Origin: a virus
DNA length: 64,000 bases
Strand: one strand, 5' to 3'
Virus record (IMG/VR): IMGVR_UViG_3300032046_000006
Coordinates: 1-64,000 of that record
Shown here one piece after another: positions 58,715 through 64,000 of the stretch (within the stretch, counting starts at the first letter, position 1; every line of letters begins with the position of its first letter). The position numbers and the translations under genes were made by a program. The notes under the pieces are model-generated. The model saw only the letters and a program-made list of their open reading frames with translations. It ran no database searches and was not told where the DNA came from.

Positions 58715-59617
58715 CTACTTCTCCATAAAATTTCTAAAACAATATTTGCAAGCCAACGGTAATTCTCCATAGAAACCTTTTCTAAATTGGGTACAGTATT
58801 CGTTTTCCCATACATTTTTATCGTAAATAGTTCCATTTTCTTTCTTGGGGGAAAAAATTGAGTTACAAATCGATATACTTCCATTTCCATTTATTGATAT
58901 TCTACTCCACGCCAATCTACACCATTTTTTAAGATTGTTTGGGTCAATTAAAGTCGGATAGCAGGTAATTAAATTTGATTCAGGTAAAGTTTTTATTTTA
59001 TCTATTGATTCGTTTTCCCAATAAGTTAAAACTCTATTTAAAAATTCATTCTTGGTTTGTTCATCTTTTATATGATGAGGCAAAATATTTATTAGATGGA
59101 CTTCTCTTACTTTGAGTGTTTTTGCTAATCTTAAAAATTCAGGAATATGAATAAGATTAAATTTATCGCAAACATAAGATAAATAAATATTAAATCCTTC
59201 TTTTATATATAATTTTATTCCTTCTAAAATATGAATAAATTGATTTTTATTATGACAGATTTTTTCATGTAATTCTTGTGTCGGGGCATTAAGACTAACC
59301 GAAATATAATTGGGGGAATATTTTTTAAGAATATTAAATCTGTCTATTAATAAACTTCCATTAGTAATAAGTCCGCAATATACATTTTTTTCTTTGATAA
59401 ATTTTAAAATTTCTTCTAAATTCTCGCACATAAGAGGTTCGCCAAAACCTGCTAAACATAGTCCTTTAATTGTAGGGAAAGATTCTAATAGTTTCTCTAT
59501 TGCCTCTATAGACATATCTGGAGATGTTTCTATTTTTTTGCTTTGTCTAAGGCAAAAGGAGCATTTAAAATTGCATTTGTTGGTCATAAATAAAGTGGCA
59601 ATAGTAGGAAGATTCAT
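58715..59617 (-). CDS. Radical SAM/SPASM protein
   Basis: CNFKCSFC, GFGEP, C-terminal C...C...CKYC. Confidence 0.9.
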   Translation of the reverse strand: MNLPTIATLFMTNKCNFKCSFCLRQSKKIETSPDMSIEAIEKLLESFPTIKGLCLAGFGEPLMCENLEEILKFIKEKNVYCGLITNGSLLIDRFNILKKYSPNYISVSLNAPTQELHEKICHNKNQFIHILEGIKLYIKEGFNIYLSYVCDKFNLIHIPEFLRLAKTLKVREVHLINILPHHIKDEQTKNEFLNRVLTYWENESIDKIKTLPESNLITCYPTLIDPNNLKKWCRLAWSRISINGNGSISICNSIFSPKKENGTIYDKNVWENEYCTQFRKGFYGELPLACKYCFRNFMEK

Positions 59618-59618
59618 T

Positions 59619-60233
59619 TTATTCCTTTTTTAATATCATTAAAAATTCTTCTTCGGTATATGTGGTAATTCCATCTGCATACTCTCTCAATCCAATCCAA
59701 GGTATTTTCCGTATAGATAATCGAGTATATCGTTCAGTAAGTTTCATTATATCTTCTTCTAACAGACAATATGGATGGGCAGAATCTCTAACTTTCTTTT
59801 CTTTAAAAAACTCTACAGCTAAAATAAAATGTCCTTGTGGTTTTAATACTCTATAAATTTCATTATTTGTTTTTTCAATATCATCAACATGGTCAAGAGC
59901 ATTAGAGCAAAAAACTACATCAAAAAAATTATCCTTAAATGGGATGTTTTCTCCTTTTGCTTTTAAAATGTTTAATTCAGGAGGATAATCGTATAATGTT
60001 TTATAAGTTTCTGCTAATGGGTCTATCCCAAATCTTTCTCCTGGAAGAAAGTGCAAAATAGTAGAAATTCCACATCCCATATCCAAAATAATGGATCGAT
60101 TATTAAATTTACAATGGTCAAGAATAGTATCAAAATATCTATATTTTTGCCAATATTCTAATACTTTTTCTTTATTATTTTTAAATATTTTTGCCCAGCG
60201 TTTTTGAAATAATAATTCGTCTTCGGCTTTCAT
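59619..60233 (-). CDS. Class I SAM-dependent methyltransferase
   Basis: ILDMGCG, FDVV, RVLKPQG; start moved to the coupled ATG at 60233. Confidence 0.9.
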   Translation of the reverse strand: MKAEDELLFQKRWAKIFKNNKEKVLEYWQKYRYFDTILDHCKFNNRSIILDMGCGISTILHFLPGERFGIDPLAETYKTLYDYPPELNILKAKGENIPFKDNFFDVVFCSNALDHVDDIEKTNNEIYRVLKPQGHFILAVEFFKEKKVRDSAHPYCLLEEDIMKLTERYTRLSIRKIPWIGLREYADGITTYTEEEFLMILKKE

Positions 60234-61135
60234 CGAATCATCTCCTGAAAGTGGGAATCTATTATTCGAACTGCAATCTTCATTTCTGTCATCAAATTGA
60301 TTTTGGAATTCCATAGTTCTACATCTACAGGTTCTTTAATTAACCTTATAAGTTCTTCGCCATTTGAAAAGGTAGAAAGTTCTAAATCCTCCACCATTTC
60401 TGGTTGAATGTAAGTTTCTCGGCTTAATTTTTTACTTCTAGGAATTAATGTTCTTATTCCTCTCCCAACCATATCAAGAACAGAAAATTCATAACTTCCC
60501 GCATGAGTTTGAATGAATGTTTCTATTTGAGAAGTATTATTCATATACTCTTCATAAGTTGGAGTATTTAACATTGGCTTTATATAAGAAGCAACAGTTT
60601 CTTTTTTAGTAAACTGATAAATTTGATATTCTTCTTTAAGAGGTTTTAGCCACTCTGCAATTTCTTTAGATATATCACGACAATCGGGGCATACTCCTAC
60701 ATCATCTAATAAAATAGTTTTCGGAATTTTGGGTTTATTAATCATAAAATCTTTACTATATGGAAAAGGAATATAACAATCCATCGGTTTTTGTTTTCTA
60801 TGTAATCCAAAGAAATAATCAACGGGTTGATTAGATGATTCTATGAAAGAGCAAATTTGATATTTAATTCTTGGTTTAACTTTTTGTATTTGGTCAATAG
60901 GAGGGTAATGATTCCAAGTATGAATTAATAAAAAATCCAGATTAGGTATTTTATCAAGAAAAAGATTGGGATTGTTCCATTCTCCTCCTCCAGATAAGGG
61001 CAATAAATGCAATGTTACATAAGGCAAAAGTTTAAATTCTTTTTCTAATCCAGCATAATTCATTTCGACTGCTTGAGTGCACTCTTTCAAAGAATTTGCT
61101 CTCCAACCTATTAATCCTAACGAATAATTATTCAT
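60230..61135 (-). CDS. Divergent GT-B glycosyltransferase-like protein
   Basis: GSYEFSVLDMVGRG resembles the GT4 E-x7-E region; cluster context. Confidence 0.5.
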   Translation of the reverse strand: MNNYSLGLIGWRANSLKECTQAVEMNYAGLEKEFKLLPYVTLHLLPLSGGGEWNNPNLFLDKIPNLDFLLIHTWNHYPPIDQIQKVKPRIKYQICSFIESSNQPVDYFFGLHRKQKPMDCYIPFPYSKDFMINKPKIPKTILLDDVGVCPDCRDISKEIAEWLKPLKEEYQIYQFTKKETVASYIKPMLNTPTYEEYMNNTSQIETFIQTHAGSYEFSVLDMVGRGIRTLIPRSKKLSRETYIQPEMVEDLELSTFSNGEELIRLIKEPVDVELWNSKINLMTEMKIAVRIIDSHFQEMIR

Positions 61136-61261
61136 TCTTAATCCTTTAAAATATAATAAAGTTTCTTTATATTTTCCCAAGTTAATTTAAATAGTTCACT
61201 AGTGAATATAAATAAAAATATAATTATGCCACAAATAAACCCGATAAAAAAATAGAACAAT

Positions 61262-61801
61262 TTACTCATTATATTTTCCTTCTTTTAACCATTGAGAATA
61301 TGCCTGTAAAATTTCTGATATTGTAACAGGGCAATAATTCCATTGTTCCACCGAAACATTACAGCAATCTGTAAATGTCATACCCTTACGAAATCTCTTA
61401 AATTTCCACTTTTCATGTACGTGTCCGCAAATATTGAAATTATAGTTTACATTGCAATATTCTGGGTCATGAACTAAAAATATTCGTTTCCCTCCAAGTT
61501 TGATAACCAGATTTTGGATGGGAGTTTTACATCCATTATTTTTATCATGGCTCCCATCAAGGAATATGATATTCCCCTTTAATAATGGTCTAATAGTATC
61601 GAATTTTTGCCCATCGGGAGCTTCAGTTGATTTAGTAAACCCCCAATCACCCAAGAAGAATATAGTATCGTTAGATTTAACTCTTGAATTCCAATTATCT
61701 ATGATTTTTTTATTCATTTCCTCTACATTAGAGAAAGGTCTATTGCAATAAGATATAATTTTTGTATGTGAAAAATGGGTATCACTAATAAAGAAAAACA
61801 T
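61262..61801 (-). CDS. Calcineurin-like metallophosphoesterase
   Basis: SDTH, LGD, GSHD, H and GHVH motifs. Confidence 0.9.
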   Translation of the reverse strand: MFFFISDTHFSHTKIISYCNRPFSNVEEMNKKIIDNWNSRVKSNDTIFFLGDWGFTKSTEAPDGQKFDTIRPLLKGNIIFLDGSHDKNNGCKTPIQNLVIKLGGKRIFLVHDPEYCNVNYNFNICGHVHEKWKFKRFRKGMTFTDCCNVSVEQWNYCPVTISEILQAYSQWLKEGKYNE

Positions 61802-61815
61802 TTATTTTATCCTTT

Positions 61816-62409
61816 TTATCTAATTATTTCATCACATACTTTTTTTCGCAATGCTTCTTCTGCTGTTAACCATAATTCGCCTGCATTCATTTTGTGCATA
61901 TCGAGATTGGTTAATTTAGTATATTTTTTACAAAGATTATCCATATTTTTTTCAAGTTGAGTTAAAAATTTTACTCTATCTTTTATATATTGTAAATAAT
62001 CGCATTGACCCTCGCTAAGAGGATGAAACATAATATAACTATTAGCATACATTTTTCTTCTTTTACCTGTAATAAAAATCAAAGCGGACATACTGCATGT
62101 TTCCCCACTAATGATAGTATGAATTGGGGCTTTGCTATGTTCTATAGCATTAATAATAGAAAATCCGCAACTTACTTCCCCTCCAGGACTATTAATTTCA
62201 ATTGTGATTGGTTTTTTATCATCAAGAATATTCATAGCTTTAATTTTTGTTACTATTATATCTGAAGATTCATTAGTAATAATGTCATAAAGTAAAATAT
62301 ATCTTTCTTTGTTTAAAATTTTGAAATAGTAATCTTCCCCCCATTTTTCTTCTTTTTTAATTGCAGTAATTTCTTCTTCATTTTCTTTATCACGATAAAA
62401 ACTATTCAT
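61816..62409 (-). CDS. clpP: ClpP-family protease
   Basis: INSPGG, CSM (catalytic Ser), MFH (His), WLTAEEA. Confidence 0.88.
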   Translation of the reverse strand: MNSFYRDKENEEEITAIKKEEKWGEDYYFKILNKERYILLYDIITNESSDIIVTKIKAMNILDDKKPITIEINSPGGEVSCGFSIINAIEHSKAPIHTIISGETCSMSALIFITGKRRKMYANSYIMFHPLSEGQCDYLQYIKDRVKFLTQLEKNMDNLCKKYTKLTNLDMHKMNAGELWLTAEEALRKKVCDEIIR

Positions 62410-63582
62410 TTATTCCTCCTTTATTTTTAAATACTTAATTATGGGTAGGCATAAAAATGAAGTTCCCGCCGAAAGAATAATAAGCCATTTTAATCCCACC
62501 AAAGGAAATAAAAACGCTCCACTAAAACTACTCGCAGTTCCTGCTGATAAATTATTTATACCACATAACAAGGCAAATGTAGTTGCTTCTAATCCTTTTA
62601 TTGAGGACTTAGCAAGGAAATCCATCATAATAAGATGAATAATCATTCCTATAAGAGAATAGATGCAAAGATAAATAATAGCGCTTATAGAAGTATAATA
62701 AAGATATGATAGCGTTATTAATGCTCCTAAAAAGACACTATAAGTAAGCCATTTTTTAATATTAATTTTTTGACTAAATTTCCAATAAATCATAGCTCCG
62801 ACAATTGAAATTACGGAAGCAATAGTTCCTAAAAATCCCATAAATTGAAAACTCCATTTGAAATTATCACGTTCCAGATAGGATAGTGGTGTGCCAAAAG
62901 AGGGGGAATATTTATATAAAAATAAAAATAAACAAGCCCATAAAAAGGATTTATGTTTAAAAATTTCTTTATAGGATTTTATCATATCTATTATTTTTAT
63001 TTTAGTATGCTTAATTTTTTCTTCTCTATAAAAATAAATAGGAATAAACATCATTATATAAAATGGTATGAGTAATAAAAATCCTGCTTTATAAGAATGA
63101 TGGTCAGCTAAATAGCCCCCCAGTAATCCTGTTATAATTGTAGCAATTGTAATAAATATCCATTGTAAACTCTGAATTTTGCCTGTAGCATTGTATTTTT
63201 TCCCTTCTATACACATTGTGCCATCTACAGCGACATCCCTTATAGCAGAATTTGTAGAATTAATAAACATCATAGTAATCAACAAAACTAAAGGCAAAGA
63301 CCAAATTCCCAAAAACAAAACCGTTATAATGTCTAAAATAATAGAAATAGAAATCCAAGTTTTTCTTGACATAAATTGGTCTATAAAAAATCCCCATAAA
63401 ATTTTAGGTATCCAAGCAAGTCCTATAATAGCATTTAAAGTCATTAATTTTTCAGGAGGATACATAAGAACTTCCTTAAAATATTTAAAAAGAGAAAGAC
63501 TCGGCAAGCCTTCAATGCCCTGTATAAAATAACACATCGCCGATAATGAATAAATCCAAAATAATTTTTTATCTATTTTCAT
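62410..63582 (-). CDS. MFS transporter, BT1 folate/biopterin-like
   Basis: About 12 TM helices; WIPKILWGFFID and DVAVDG motifs; start moved to 63582. Confidence 0.8.
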   Translation of the reverse strand: MKIDKKLFWIYSLSAMCYFIQGIEGLPSLSLFKYFKEVLMYPPEKLMTLNAIIGLAWIPKILWGFFIDQFMSRKTWISISIILDIITVLFLGIWSLPLVLLITMMFINSTNSAIRDVAVDGTMCIEGKKYNATGKIQSLQWIFITIATIITGLLGGYLADHHSYKAGFLLLIPFYIMMFIPIYFYREEKIKHTKIKIIDMIKSYKEIFKHKSFLWACLFLFLYKYSPSFGTPLSYLERDNFKWSFQFMGFLGTIASVISIVGAMIYWKFSQKINIKKWLTYSVFLGALITLSYLYYTSISAIIYLCIYSLIGMIIHLIMMDFLAKSSIKGLEATTFALLCGINNLSAGTASSFSGAFLFPLVGLKWLIILSAGTSFLCLPIIKYLKIKEE

Positions 63583-63673
63583 TCTTTCATTTCCTTTATT
63601 AAACAAAAAAATGCAGCAACCCAATACCCAATATACCATAATAACCAAATAATAAATAATCCTATGTAGAAGT

Positions 63674-64000
63674 TTAGCATTTTATTTTTTTTAATTCTAA
63701 AATAATAAAGGGTCTTCTTACTCCTGCACTAAAATTTTCGGCACATTCTAACGCATTTCTTACTATTTCTTTGCCCGACAGTTTTTTAGAATTAGTATAA
63801 ATAGACCCCAAAGCATAAGATTCCCCGCATCCGCATGAATCATAATTATCGTAGGTCATTGCCACTTGCAAATCGTCTACTATTTTATAAATTTTACTAT
63901 TATAACCAACTAAAAAGGTTCCTATTTCTTCTTGATTATCTTCAATTTTACTATATCCATTATCTTTTAAACATTTTCTTACTGCATCAATAAATTCTGT
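63674..64000 (-). CDS. HslV/proteasome-beta-like Ntn peptidase, 5' end outside the window
   Basis: Frame is open to 64000: TEFIDAVRKCL...FLVGY...IY.I..D.Q...GCGESYALG...AL..A..F...V..PF. Confidence 0.75.
   Translation of the reverse strand, partial: TEFIDAVRKCLKDNGYSKIEDNQEEIGTFLVGYNSKIYKIVDDLQVAMTYDNYDSCGCGESYALGSIYTNSKKLSGKEIVRNALECAENFSAGVRRPFIILELKKIKC

Noticed and set aside
52069-61135. O-antigen seroconversion cassette
   Set aside because: No GtrA/B/C-like or other membrane components, flippase or polymerase within the cluster.
1-64000. Stop-codon reassignment or prophage boundaries
   Set aside because: Genes are full length and tightly packed under the standard code; no integrase, att site or host housekeeping block was seen.

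Overview
This window is 64 kb of an AT-rich tailed bacteriophage genome, siphovirus-like (tail tube and tape measure, no sheath). It uses the standard genetic code and has sigma70-type promoters and AGGAG Shine-Dalgarno sites, so the host is bacterial. There are four blocks. (1) 1-12.5 kb, minus strand: early/accessory genes driven by four TTGACA-17/18-TATACT promoters, including ArdA antirestriction protein, a RuvB homolog lacking the RuvA-binding hairpin, a radical SAM enzyme, an exported collagen-like protein and three tandem-repeat proteins. (2) 12.5-14.3 kb: a non-coding divergence region with about 18 TCTACC boxes and AT-rich palindromes (ori/pac candidate). (3) 14.3-52 kb, plus strand: the virion operon, with a large fibre/adhesin module placed before the terminase, then portal, protease/scaffold, capsid, neck, tail tube, tape measure and tail tip genes, plus five free-standing endonucleases. 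(4) 52-64 kb, minus strand: a nine-enzyme glycan synthesis/modification cluster followed by a phosphoesterase, ClpP, a BT1-type MFS transporter and an HslV-like peptidase. Best candidates for something new: a phage-encoded virion glycosylation system (glycosyltransferase cluster plus an acidic E-S-G-E motif recurring in unrelated virion proteins), and a six-copy covarying RNA hairpin with an invariant CCAAA tail that punctuates the late operon, including directly after the capsid and tail tube genes. All calls come from reading motifs by eye; no database search was run.
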